This document shows positions 24,713 to 33,713 of a stretch of 64,000 bases of DNA, piece after piece; the stretch's first letter is position 1; each line of letters starts with the position of its first letter. Source of the DNA: a virus; the IMG/VR virus record IMGVR_UViG_3300045988_067813, positions 1,036-65,035 of that record. One strand, 5' to 3'. The notes beneath the pieces are model-generated. The model did no database searches. It saw only the letters and a list, made by a program, of their open reading frames with translations, and was not told the DNA's origin. Both the position numbers and the translations under genes were made by a program.

Positions 24713-25567
24713 TTTATTCTTTTTATCATCACAGTTACAGTCATCTTTAGGAATCTCTGTGAACTTCAAGCAGTCAGGTAGGTCTTTACCTTCAATGATA
24801 GGCACATACTCAACCTTGAATTGGTGAAGTCTGAATATACCACTAGCTGAGTTTTCTGGAACAACTCTTACCTTAATGTATTGACCAGCAGGTACAATGA
24901 TTGTGTCAGACATTTCCATAGCACCATCAGATATACCAGTCATTTGCCAATGCACAGAGCGTTGTTTAACCATGTCTGTAGTATAGCTTTCTCCACTGTG
25001 ATAGACTACAATCTGCATTGTGTTATCCTCTTGTGGGTTTAATGTAGTACCATCAGCACACCAACGTAGGAACACACGGTACTGTCTATCTGTGAGCTGT
25101 CTACGCTTATCATCATTCTCAAAGTCCACACCAGTAGTAGAATCCATGTAGAGGTCAATGTCATACTCTTTAGTAATAGGAGCATAGAATGTAGCAGAAG
25201 ATACAGCAGAGTTACGAGAGTAGTTCGTGTGTACCTTACCCATATCTCCAATAGATGCTACATACTCACCCATACACTGTACCATATCCCACAAAGCACA
25301 GATATTCTCAATGTAGTGGTTAAGCTGACAAGCTAGTTTCTTAATGAATGATGAGAAGAACTTAGGGTTATAGCACTTCTGTGATTCTGCCATACAAGCA
25401 AAACGTCCTACACCTTTGTTATTCTCTTCCACAAGCCTATCACAGTCAGCAATAGGAATATCTTCACAGTCACAGCTATCATACCAGCATCTATCTTTAG
25501 GATTCTCATTGTAACTCTTGAAAGATGCTTCATTCAGTCTTGTGTTTTTGTTATCTTCGTAAGCCAT
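24710..25567 (-). CDS. fibre-cluster protein with Cys-patterned N-terminal module
   Basis: N-terminal SCDCEDIPIADC...RFAC...LAC-x9-C-x7-C, and C-terminal DDCNCDD. Its start overlaps the upstream stop (TAATG). Confidence 0.6.
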   Translation of the reverse strand: MAYEDNKNTRLNEASFKSYNENPKDRCWYDSCDCEDIPIADCDRLVEENNKGVGRFACMAESQKCYNPKFFSSFIKKLACQLNHYIENICALWDMVQCMGEYVASIGDMGKVHTNYSRNSAVSSATFYAPITKEYDIDLYMDSTTGVDFENDDKRRQLTDRQYRVFLRWCADGTTLNPQEDNTMQIVVYHSGESYTTDMVKQRSVHWQMTGISDGAMEMSDTIIVPAGQYIKVRVVPENSASGIFRLHQFKVEYVPIIEGKDLPDCLKFTEIPKDDCNCDDKKNK

Positions 25568-26925
25568 TATCTACCAATCTTTCCTTGTTGTTTCCATGTA
25601 CCATCTTTCCTTATAGCGTTACCAGAAGCAGAGTAAGGTGGAAGGTATACCCCTGTGCTGGTTGTACCATAAGGTTTACCAGCGTCCTCAGCATTGATAC
25701 TTGTATCTTGCTTACCTCTTTTTCTGATAATCATGTCAATCTTCTTGGTTGTGAATGATAACCATTGACCACTATTTCTAATAGCCCAAGGTCTAATCTT
25801 AGCTACTTTGTCATAGAGGATTGTAATATCTCTAGTCTCAGTAGGCTCAATAGGTGCTGTTGGTGTATAGTAAGTGAATGTCTCACCACGAGAAGCATTA
25901 CCAAAGAAAGCTAACTCAAATGATGAGTTTGGACCTTCTCCAGTTGGGTCATAGATAGTTGTTCTTCCTAGCCTATTACCTCGTGCATTAAAATCAATCC
26001 TACTACCTACCCCAGCAAGTACAAATGAACCTCTAGGAATGTCATAATGTTTGTTATACTTAGCTCCTTTATCATCACCTATATAAGTACCATCATAACT
26101 AAGGTTAGAACCAGAAGGTCTAGAATACACAGTAGTTGAATCACTATAGTTAGCACTTACACGTTGATAATAGTCAGTATCTACTACGGCTGTGGAAGTG
26201 ATTAGTTTAATAGGATTTCCTGATGAATCTTCAAAGTATATAGAGTAATTTATACTGTAGACATCATAAAACCATATACCCAATCCATCAGTATCCTCAT
26301 AAGGAGCTATCCAAATACCAGGAGTAACCCCATTAAAGGAGGTTTCATAATAATTATGTACTAATATTCTTAAGTAAACAGCTTTTCCAGAAATGGTATA
26401 TGACACAGGATAAGGTAGTCTTATATTAAGACCTGGATACATACCCCTTGCCCCTTTTTTACCTGAATAATTGTATTCAGGGTTTCTACCATATCGGATA
26501 GGGCTTGCTAATACTTCTACACCAGGCTGTTCTGTGAATACTTTAAATGCGTTAAAATAGTCATAAGAACCTGGTCTACTTGTGTTAAATTGAGCTACAC
26601 CAGATATATTACCATAATCAAAGAAACCAGATTGATTTCTATAACTATTGACTTTCTCTAAATTTCTCCTATTAGCAGATATAAGGCTCATGTACTCAGC
26701 CATATCTCTATTGTATTTCATAACAGCATAACTGCTATTATAACTACTCTCAGAAGGAGTTCTTTTTTGAGATTCATACAATTCCCTTGCATTATAACCT
26801 TGGAATGTTTTTTGTGTCTCAGCTATTAAAGTATCAAATGAATCATAGCCTACCCTCACAGGAGAAGCTAAGTCTTGTCCTGTTTGGGCATCTTTATAAT
26901 AGATATTATAATTAAACTTAGCCAT
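25567..26925 (-). CDS. putative receptor-binding protein (C-terminal domain P, paralog of 30243-31520)
   Basis: Shared blocks with 30243-31520: FEDSSGNPIKL, VVDTDYYQ, IPRGSFVLAGVGSRID, FFGN, GET. Confidence 0.55.
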   Translation of the reverse strand: MAKFNYNIYYKDAQTGQDLASPVRVGYDSFDTLIAETQKTFQGYNARELYESQKRTPSESSYNSSYAVMKYNRDMAEYMSLISANRRNLEKVNSYRNQSGFFDYGNISGVAQFNTSRPGSYDYFNAFKVFTEQPGVEVLASPIRYGRNPEYNYSGKKGARGMYPGLNIRLPYPVSYTISGKAVYLRILVHNYYETSFNGVTPGIWIAPYEDTDGLGIWFYDVYSINYSIYFEDSSGNPIKLITSTAVVDTDYYQRVSANYSDSTTVYSRPSGSNLSYDGTYIGDDKGAKYNKHYDIPRGSFVLAGVGSRIDFNARGNRLGRTTIYDPTGEGPNSSFELAFFGNASRGETFTYYTPTAPIEPTETRDITILYDKVAKIRPWAIRNSGQWLSFTTKKIDMIIRKRGKQDTSINAEDAGKPYGTTSTGVYLPPYSASGNAIRKDGTWKQQGKIGR

Positions 26926-28049
26926 TAAATTCCTCCTGTAAGGTCATTCTCTGTGCTACCATTGTTTGTTCTAATAAAGGCATTACCGTCAGGTTGTCCT
27001 CCAAAGAGGTTGATATTACCTGTAGCAAGGTGTCTATTAGGTTTAAGATTACCCTTGAAGATAGTATCTCCAGTTTGTTCCCAAGCACCAGAGCCTTTAA
27101 GGTCTTCAAGTAACTTAGTGAAAGCATCTTTAAGCTCATTGTACTGATTCACCGTAACATAGTTACTTAGGTCAGGCTGAGGAATCTCCACAGAATTACC
27201 ATTAGAAATGGTTAGCCTATTGTTTGAGATAGAGAGTGTCTGATTATCATTGTCTCTCTTAGCTTCAAGCACACCAAGTCTACGTTTAATATCTGCATCA
27301 TTGTAAGGAGTAGGGGTAGGAATATCTACCTCTCCACCTCCATTAGATAACACAATCTTGTTGCCCTGTTTACTTATAGTTTGCTTGTCATTTCTAAGTG
27401 CCCATGAACCCATGTTTTGAACAGTAATATTATTACCATTCACAGAGGTTACTTTGTAGAACTCTGTGTTAGAAGCATCATTCCCTGACCAGTAGTCTTG
27501 AATAGTATCACCAACTTTAACTCCATCAGGGTTTATTAAATATGATTTTTGTATTGTAGTAGTAGCTCCTACTGCTCCAGATGATATATCTCCTTTAGCC
27601 CATCTAGTAACAGTATCTTTGTCTGTTCTATCCTCTAAAGCCTTGACTCTATTTCTTAATGCTGTGTCATCATAAGCAATACCAATAGTATCCTTATCAT
27701 CAAACTCCACAGTCTTAGGCTGACCAGTCACAAAGTTATAAGTAAGTTTTACCTTATTACCAGTACGACTAGCAGTTACTCCTGTAACAAAGTTATCTGT
27801 CTTACCCTCTAATGCTGTGAGCCTACGTTTAACATCAGTATCATTGTAGATAGTATCTCTGTCCTCTGGGAGTGTAATAGAGTTTCCCCCACTAATAGAA
27901 ACAGTTCTATTGTTGATTGTGAGGGTTTGGTTATCTCTATCTTGTTTATTCTCTAAAGCAGTTATTCTAGCTTTTAATGGAGCATCATCATAGGCTGTAA
28001 CAGTAGGTGTTGGTTGTTGCTCATTCTTAATATAAGTAGTCTTTGACAT
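26925..28049 (-). CDS. tail-fibre protein (repeat modules plus conserved TGGI C-terminus)
   Basis: Modules seen: ALE-x-K-x-D(K/R)D, QTL-x-I-x...SISGGNSITLP, NKVKLTYNFVTGQPKTVEFDDKDTIGIAYDD. Ends GNINLFGGQPDGNAFIRTNNGSTENDLTGGI. Confidence 0.65.
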   Translation of the reverse strand: MSKTTYIKNEQQPTPTVTAYDDAPLKARITALENKQDRDNQTLTINNRTVSISGGNSITLPEDRDTIYNDTDVKRRLTALEGKTDNFVTGVTASRTGNKVKLTYNFVTGQPKTVEFDDKDTIGIAYDDTALRNRVKALEDRTDKDTVTRWAKGDISSGAVGATTTIQKSYLINPDGVKVGDTIQDYWSGNDASNTEFYKVTSVNGNNITVQNMGSWALRNDKQTISKQGNKIVLSNGGGEVDIPTPTPYNDADIKRRLGVLEAKRDNDNQTLSISNNRLTISNGNSVEIPQPDLSNYVTVNQYNELKDAFTKLLEDLKGSGAWEQTGDTIFKGNLKPNRHLATGNINLFGGQPDGNAFIRTNNGSTENDLTGGI

Positions 28050-29680
28050 TAGTTTAACCTCGGTATGTTGTAGTATTTATTGTCACTTTGGTTTTTCAGA
28101 ACAACAGTTCCTTGCACAGATTGGATATAGAATCTCACATTTTTAAGTGTAAGATTTAACTTACCTATTACAACATCATTCTTTTTAACCTCAATTTCAA
28201 TAGGCTCTGATGAATCAAGTTCTTCTTTAGTAATATAATGTGTGTAATACTCTGTATGAGAACTTAGCACAACACTCCATATAATTTTAGGTTTCAGAGA
28301 AACCATTGCTTTATTATTTGAGTCTTTCCAACTAGCATATATATTACTATCAAACCTAATACCGTTACTTAAAGTAGTATACCCATCAAAATCTACTATA
28401 GTGTTATTTGTTGATAGTCCTGTGATTCTGAAATTACTACCAGATATGTTAGATGCACCTACACCAGTATAGTTAAAATTACCTTCATAATCAAATAAGA
28501 TACCTGCTTCCATAAGAAGGTTTCTCTGTTCAGTTCCATCATTATTCACAGCATAAGAAATACTATCTTTAATAGCACTATCATATCTTTTATCTGATGT
28601 TATTGGTATATGCCTTGTACTACTTGGGTAAGGGAATGATAAATCCTTATTCAAAGCCATTTCAATGTGGAATGTATTATCACTATCAAGGAATAACCCA
28701 TTACCTTTAGCCTTATACTTAGTGTCTTTATCCTCTTTAGCTTCTAAAGCATTAAGTCTATTGACCACAGAGGAGTCATCATAAGGTTGTACATTATTAG
28801 GCTGTGGTAATTCTACTTCACCCCCACCATTAGAGAGAATGAGCTTATTACCCTCTTTTGTGATGGTCTGTTTGTCATTAGGTAGAGTTACACTATTACC
28901 ATTAGAGATACTTAACACACGAGAGCTATTATCTAGTGTGAGATTCTGATTATCTCTATCTTGCTTGGCTTCTAATGTCTCAATTCTATCAAATAATGCT
29001 TTATTAGGATAAGGTCTGGATTCTAAGTTATCTAACCTTTCCTTTACAGCCCTATCATCATATACTGTGTCCTTATCTGGTTTGTCCTCTAAGGCTTTAA
29101 CCCTAGCTTTTAAGGCTGTATCATCATAGGCTAAACTAATTGTATCCTTATCCTCAAATTCAACCTCTTTAGGAGCGCCATTCACAAAGGTATAGGTAAG
29201 CTTAACCTTATTTCCTTCTCTTGAAACAGTCACACCACTCACAAAGTTATCAGCTTTATCTTCCACAGCTTGAATACGTCTACGGAGTTCAGCATCATTA
29301 TACACGGTGTCTCTATCTTCTGGTAGGTTGATTGCATTACCATTACTGATAGTGATTGTTCTACCATTGATAGCAAGGCTCTGTGTATCATTAGGAAGGG
29401 TTACTGTATTCCCTCTTGTAATTGTAAGTTCTCTTGTGCTTCTATCTAATTCAAGATTCTGTGGCTTCTGTACAGCTCCTCCAGCTCCTCCCATGAGAAT
29501 CCAACTAGACCTATCAGGAGCTAGAGCATACATATTCCCATCAGGAGTTCTGAACAAATGGTCAAAGTCACCCATGAAAGTGTCAGGAAGACTATCCACA
29601 GGAGCAATCCAAGTGTCTTTAGGGTAAGTGCAATCTCTACAAAATGTATTGGGATTTCCTCCACAAGAATAACAACCCAT
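28049..29680 (-). CDS. tail-fibre protein (CxxC N-terminus, repeat modules, unique C-terminal domain)
   Basis: N-terminus MGCYSCGGNPNTFCRDC. Repeats of the [20 protein letters not shown] and NKVKLTYTFVNGAPKEVEFEDKDTISLAYDD types. Confidence 0.65.
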   Translation of the reverse strand: MGCYSCGGNPNTFCRDCTYPKDTWIAPVDSLPDTFMGDFDHLFRTPDGNMYALAPDRSSWILMGGAGGAVQKPQNLELDRSTRELTITRGNTVTLPNDTQSLAINGRTITISNGNAINLPEDRDTVYNDAELRRRIQAVEDKADNFVSGVTVSREGNKVKLTYTFVNGAPKEVEFEDKDTISLAYDDTALKARVKALEDKPDKDTVYDDRAVKERLDNLESRPYPNKALFDRIETLEAKQDRDNQNLTLDNSSRVLSISNGNSVTLPNDKQTITKEGNKLILSNGGGEVELPQPNNVQPYDDSSVVNRLNALEAKEDKDTKYKAKGNGLFLDSDNTFHIEMALNKDLSFPYPSSTRHIPITSDKRYDSAIKDSISYAVNNDGTEQRNLLMEAGILFDYEGNFNYTGVGASNISGSNFRITGLSTNNTIVDFDGYTTLSNGIRFDSNIYASWKDSNNKAMVSLKPKIIWSVVLSSHTEYYTHYITKEELDSSEPIEIEVKKNDVVIGKLNLTLKNVRFYIQSVQGTVVLKNQSDNKYYNIPRLN

Positions 29681-29682
29681 TA

Positions 29683-30243
29683 TTAGATACCTCCTGTTAA
29701 GTCGTTTTCTGTACTTCCGTTATTAGTACGGATAAAGTATTGTCCGTCTGGTTGACCACCGAACAAGTTGATATTACCAGTAGCAATATTTCTGTTAGGT
29801 ACAAAGTCACCATCTAGTCCACCTTGCCAAGCTCCACTAGCTTGTAAGTTGTTTATAATCTTATTTAAAGCTCTCTTAAGCTTCTCATTCTCTGCTCTTA
29901 AATCAGCATCATTGTAGGGTTGTGAAGGACTAGGAATGTTCCCTGTAAAACTAATAGTACCATCTTTAGAAATACTAATTAAGTTACCTGCTTTATAGGT
30001 AGGAGCAGTAGAACCTCCACCAGCATTATTAGCTAACCAACATAGCTGATTAGATACATTCTTATTGAAACACCACTGTGAGTAGGCAAACTTGGCTGTT
30101 TGGTCTACAATCTCACACATTTGGCTATCCCTAAGAACTAGAGCGTGCATTTTTATTTTATCATCATTCTGTGCTAAGAGTGATTGGCAAGCTGTCTTAC
30201 CAACTACTATATCCTCACACTGACAGTTTACACAATCTGACAT
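29683..30243 (-). CDS. short fibre protein (Cys-patterned N-module plus TGGI C-terminus)
   Basis: N-terminal DCVNCQCEDIVVGKTAC...QMC...QWC-x9-C. C-terminus GNINLFGGQPDGQYFIRTNNGSTENDLTGGI. Confidence 0.6.
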   Translation of the reverse strand: MSDCVNCQCEDIVVGKTACQSLLAQNDDKIKMHALVLRDSQMCEIVDQTAKFAYSQWCFNKNVSNQLCWLANNAGGGSTAPTYKAGNLISISKDGTISFTGNIPSPSQPYNDADLRAENEKLKRALNKIINNLQASGAWQGGLDGDFVPNRNIATGNINLFGGQPDGQYFIRTNNGSTENDLTGGI

Positions 30244-31520
30244 TAGTTATCTCCTAAACAATCAAAATCGCATGACATTAAGTCACATTCTTCTATAGGG
30301 GGTATAGGTTTTGGAGGTTCATGAAGGTCTACAGTTTCTCCTTCAAAGTCATTACCAAAGAAGTCCATCCACCAGTTATTATCTCCTCCACCATCAGTAT
30401 CAATGTAGTTTACTCCAGGGTGGTTAGCTATAATCTCCCAATCAATCTTTGTGCCTACTCCTGCATACACAAGAGAGCCTAGAGGAATACTGCTTTCATT
30501 TTTAGCATCAAAGCTATCCTCAGCACTGATGTACCCACCATTCATTACAAGTCTTGAACCTGGAGGGTTTTTAACAAGGGTTTTACTATTATTAAAACTA
30601 GCCCAAAATCCTTGTCTATAGTCAATATCATTCACAGCATTTACTACCATAAGATTGATAGGCTGGTCAGATTCATCTAAGAACTCAAAAGTACCAGTTA
30701 CCTTATAGTAGTTACCCACATGGATTCTAATAGCACCATCACCATTTCTAACAATTATCCAGTTACTACTCTCTGTTTGTGCGTGTGAACTTAGTTCATA
30801 ACTATTGATAGTTACCCTTAAGTTGATGGTTTTACCACTACTAGTCCTTCCTACTCTTGTTAGAGTTGTGGATATTCCTGGATATAAGTCTGTAGAGTAG
30901 TAGTCCACTTGAGTATTATTATCAAAAGTGATACCCCCAGAAGCATAGTCAACACCATCTTTAGAGGTTGCTAGTGATAGTTTGGAGAAGTAAGAAAAAC
31001 TACCAGTCCTAGAAGAATCAAAGTCGCCTGATACAAAGATGCCATCAACCTCTTCTACAGTAGGGTCTTTTTTCATTTCCTCTAACCGTTTCTTGGCTTT
31101 AGCCAATCTTACAAGTTGCTCTTCGTAGATGGCTTTAGCTTCGTTGTAGATACCTTTTTTATCATTAGGAGTATTAGGCTCTTTCTGCTTGTACTTCTTA
31201 ATCATGTCCTTGTTACGCTTTACTGTGATTGAGTTAGCTTCAATGATATTAGCTTTCATACAATGTAAGGTTACACACAAAGACTTAATCTTCTTCTGTA
31301 AGCACACCATACGTTGTAGTACATCACAGATAGTCTTGATAATCTTTCTTAATCTACACCAAAGCCTAAATACACCCTTCTGTGTATTAGGAACAACATC
31401 ACACTGCTCAGAGTCTTTGATTATATCACCAGCACGCTTAATATCCTCTTGTGATTCATTCTTGTCACAGTATTTACCAGTGATTACTTTATCATCACAA
31501 CGACAATCACAAACGTCCAT
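30243..31520 (-). CDS. putative receptor-binding protein (Cys-patterned N-module plus domain P)
   Basis: Start moved to ATG 31520 (RBS aggaggtcttATG). N-terminal VCDCRCDD...C...C...WC-x9-C-x7-C-x8-C-x4-C. C-terminal blocks VNDIDYRQ, IPLGSLVYAGVGTKID, FFGN, GET. Confidence 0.6.
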   Translation of the reverse strand: MDVCDCRCDDKVITGKYCDKNESQEDIKRAGDIIKDSEQCDVVPNTQKGVFRLWCRLRKIIKTICDVLQRMVCLQKKIKSLCVTLHCMKANIIEANSITVKRNKDMIKKYKQKEPNTPNDKKGIYNEAKAIYEEQLVRLAKAKKRLEEMKKDPTVEEVDGIFVSGDFDSSRTGSFSYFSKLSLATSKDGVDYASGGITFDNNTQVDYYSTDLYPGISTTLTRVGRTSSGKTINLRVTINSYELSSHAQTESSNWIIVRNGDGAIRIHVGNYYKVTGTFEFLDESDQPINLMVVNAVNDIDYRQGFWASFNNSKTLVKNPPGSRLVMNGGYISAEDSFDAKNESSIPLGSLVYAGVGTKIDWEIIANHPGVNYIDTDGGGDNNWWMDFFGNDFEGETVDLHEPPKPIPPIEECDLMSCDFDCLGDN

Positions 31521-31528
31521 AAGACCTC

Positions 31529-31891
31529 CTAGCACTTATCACAGCTAACCTCACAAGGTGTAACTGGTTGTTCTTTTAATACACTCAGAACCTCTGCAAT
31601 ACTGTCATTTTGACATTTAACAGTACCACACAAGCTATCTACTTTCTTCTCTAAGCACTCTAGCTTTCTAATGATATAACACAAGAAACCTACAATGTTT
31701 TTGATTACACACCACACACCATAGAAGGCTTGTCTAATAGCTTCTTGAAGATTACACCACTCAGAGGTTGAGATTTTCCTCATTGCTGGTCTAATCTTTA
31801 GGTCATTTAGCTCTAGTAACTTAGCACAGTTCTCTGGTCTTGGCTCAACTTTCTCACACTCACAGTGCTTATTTAAACAGTTATCTGCCAT
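31529..31891 (-). CDS. stand-alone Cys-patterned module protein (120 aa)
   Basis: NCLNKHCECEKVEPRPENC...EWC...VWC-x9-C-x7-C-x8-C-x4-C. It consists of the module only. Confidence 0.55.
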   Translation of the reverse strand: MADNCLNKHCECEKVEPRPENCAKLLELNDLKIRPAMRKISTSEWCNLQEAIRQAFYGVWCVIKNIVGFLCYIIRKLECLEKKVDSLCGTVKCQNDSIAEVLSVLKEQPVTPCEVSCDKC

Positions 31892-32094
31892 TATTCATTC
31901 TCTTTCTTGTATGTGATATTAGACAGCCCTAAGACTGTTCCCAAGAATGTATTAAAGGCTGTGAGGACTACCACAGGGGTAGTCATCTCATAACCTAATT
32001 GCACTCCTACCACACCAATAAAAGTAATGAAGGCAGGTAGTGCTGTAGTTGCTATAAATTTAGCAATATCATAAAAATCATTACTCATTTTCAT
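31891..32094 (-). CDS. two-TM small membrane protein, holin-like
   Basis: 67 aa with two hydrophobic helices (IATTALPAFITFIGVVGV and VVVLTAFNTFLGTVLGL) and a charged C-terminus (YKKENE). General likeness to r1t-type holins, recalled from memory. Confidence 0.4.
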   Translation of the reverse strand: MKMSNDFYDIAKFIATTALPAFITFIGVVGVQLGYEMTTPVVVLTAFNTFLGTVLGLSNITYKKENE

Positions 32095-32104
32095 TTAGGT
32101 TCTC

Positions 32105-32638
32105 CTAAGCAAACAATCCAACAAAGTTAAGAATCACACGTTTTCCTACCAATGATTGAGGTACTGTAGTTACTCTAACAGTTCTACCTTGATACCACAT
32201 AGAGATAGGCTCATTATTGATATAGGCTTGTACCTCAATAAACTCAATAGGTTGTGGAGTACCTGCTGGAAACTCAGCTATAACCTCACTATGGTTGATT
32301 GTAGAGTAGAAGGTTGCATCTAACTTCATTACACCAAAAGAAGTAACTGGGTTATAGGATAACACAGGAGGTCTATCTCCATTGTTGTATCTTAGTTTAG
32401 TAGGCTGTTTAAACGTACCACTATACTTTGTTAGAGACTGTGCTCTCTTATTATTATCAGCAATAGCCTTATCTACTTCACCTTTTGTGTAGTGCTTTTC
32501 AAAGGCTACATCAGCATTGATTGTGAATACCTCTTCCCCATTCTCCTGTGACTTAACCACAGTAAGTCCATCAGTAGTAGACTTTAGGTTGTAGAGTGTA
32601 TCTTTATCTTCTAGTTTGTTATAATTCTTAGTTGTCAT
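32105..32638 (-). CDS. fibre-cluster protein (starts MTTKNYN)
   Basis: 177-aa ORF. Its N-terminal heptapeptide is identical to that of the next gene upstream. Confidence 0.5.
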   Translation of the reverse strand: MTTKNYNKLEDKDTLYNLKSTTDGLTVVKSQENGEEVFTINADVAFEKHYTKGEVDKAIADNNKRAQSLTKYSGTFKQPTKLRYNNGDRPPVLSYNPVTSFGVMKLDATFYSTINHSEVIAEFPAGTPQPIEFIEVQAYINNEPISMWYQGRTVRVTTVPQSLVGKRVILNFVGLFA

Positions 32639-32647
32639 TTAGTACCC

Positions 32648-33103
32648 CTAATTATTTAAAGTAATATAAGGTCTGTCTGTGTAATAGCTGACCTCACAAG
32701 TGTTTATCTTATCCCATATATCTGCCCATTGGTCTTTATACTTATCAAAAACATGATATGTCATATCTCCATTAGGTTCAATTTCCTCATAACCAACAGG
32801 CTCACCAGTTTCTTTAAGAGTAAGTGGAACTGTTACTGTAATAATAGGTCTAAATCCATCAGGCATCTCATACATGTTACGGACTGCAAAACTATCAAAA
32901 GTTAAATGGGTAAAGTTCCATATTTGGTTTATATACATAGACTGACCACTGTGTGTACTTAATTTTACATGTATTTGACCAATTTTACTATTAGGAAGAT
33001 TTACACTATTACCGTTAGAGATGCTAAGTTTATAACCTTCAAGGGAAAGTGTTTGACTATCAGTACCACTAAGTTCATTGATGTTGTAATTTTTAGTAGT
33101 CAT
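32648..33103 (-). CDS. fibre-cluster protein (starts MTTKNYN, carries the [12 protein letters not shown] module)
   Basis: [22 protein letters not shown] is the same module found in the large fibres. Confidence 0.5.
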   Translation of the reverse strand: MTTKNYNINELSGTDSQTLSLEGYKLSISNGNSVNLPNSKIGQIHVKLSTHSGQSMYINQIWNFTHLTFDSFAVRNMYEMPDGFRPIITVTVPLTLKETGEPVGYEEIEPNGDMTYHVFDKYKDQWADIWDKINTCEVSYYTDRPYITLNN

Positions 33104-33104
33104 A

Positions 33105-33671
33105 TTATAAACTTACCTCTTTTGTTTCATACTCAAGAAAAATCTTTGATAAAGTTATTGTTGGATTTATAATGTTTATTGTATATTCTCTATCTGCATT
33201 TATAACAAGAGGTTCACCTTTAAAGTTATTTGTGTTAAGTTGTTTAGAATATACTTTCCTAGAACCATCTTCATTTTCAACAAATACATTATAAAAGCAT
33301 TGTAGTTGGAACTGACCATCATATCTGTATGAGATTCTACCATCTAGGTAATACTTACTCTTATCTGTTTTATTATTTGAATTTACTAAATCCAAGTGAA
33401 AATAATCATCATACCATGTGGTTTTAGATGTACTTAATAAGAGTATTTTAGATGTATAATCAAGAGTGTTAGACATACCAAAGTTATCTTTAACTGCCCA
33501 TGTTAATCTCATAGCCATAAATAAGTCATCTTGTGTAAGATTATCATTGTTATAGCCAAAATTAGCTCCTGCAATATTATCAAATGTATTTAGCCCTCTA
33601 TTAAATATCTCTTTGTTAACCTTTTTAGACTTGATAGTAAAGGCTTTTGATTTATAACTTTTAAGTGCCAT
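33105..33671 (-). CDS. fibre-cluster hypothetical protein
   Basis: 188-aa ORF downstream of a hairpin. Asn/Tyr-rich and looks beta-rich. Confidence 0.45.
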   Translation of the reverse strand: MALKSYKSKAFTIKSKKVNKEIFNRGLNTFDNIAGANFGYNNDNLTQDDLFMAMRLTWAVKDNFGMSNTLDYTSKILLLSTSKTTWYDDYFHLDLVNSNNKTDKSKYYLDGRISYRYDGQFQLQCFYNVFVENEDGSRKVYSKQLNTNNFKGEPLVINADREYTINIINPTITLSKIFLEYETKEVSL

Positions 33672-33691
33672 TATTCTTTAAATAGTTTAAA

Positions 33692-33707
33692 GGGGGATAA
33701 AACCCCC
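33692..33707 (-). terminator. stem-loop after the giant fibre gene
   Basis: Minus strand reads ggggg-ttttat-ccccc followed by ttt. A short stem, possibly a partial terminator. Confidence 0.35.
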
Positions 33708-33713
33708 ACTAAA

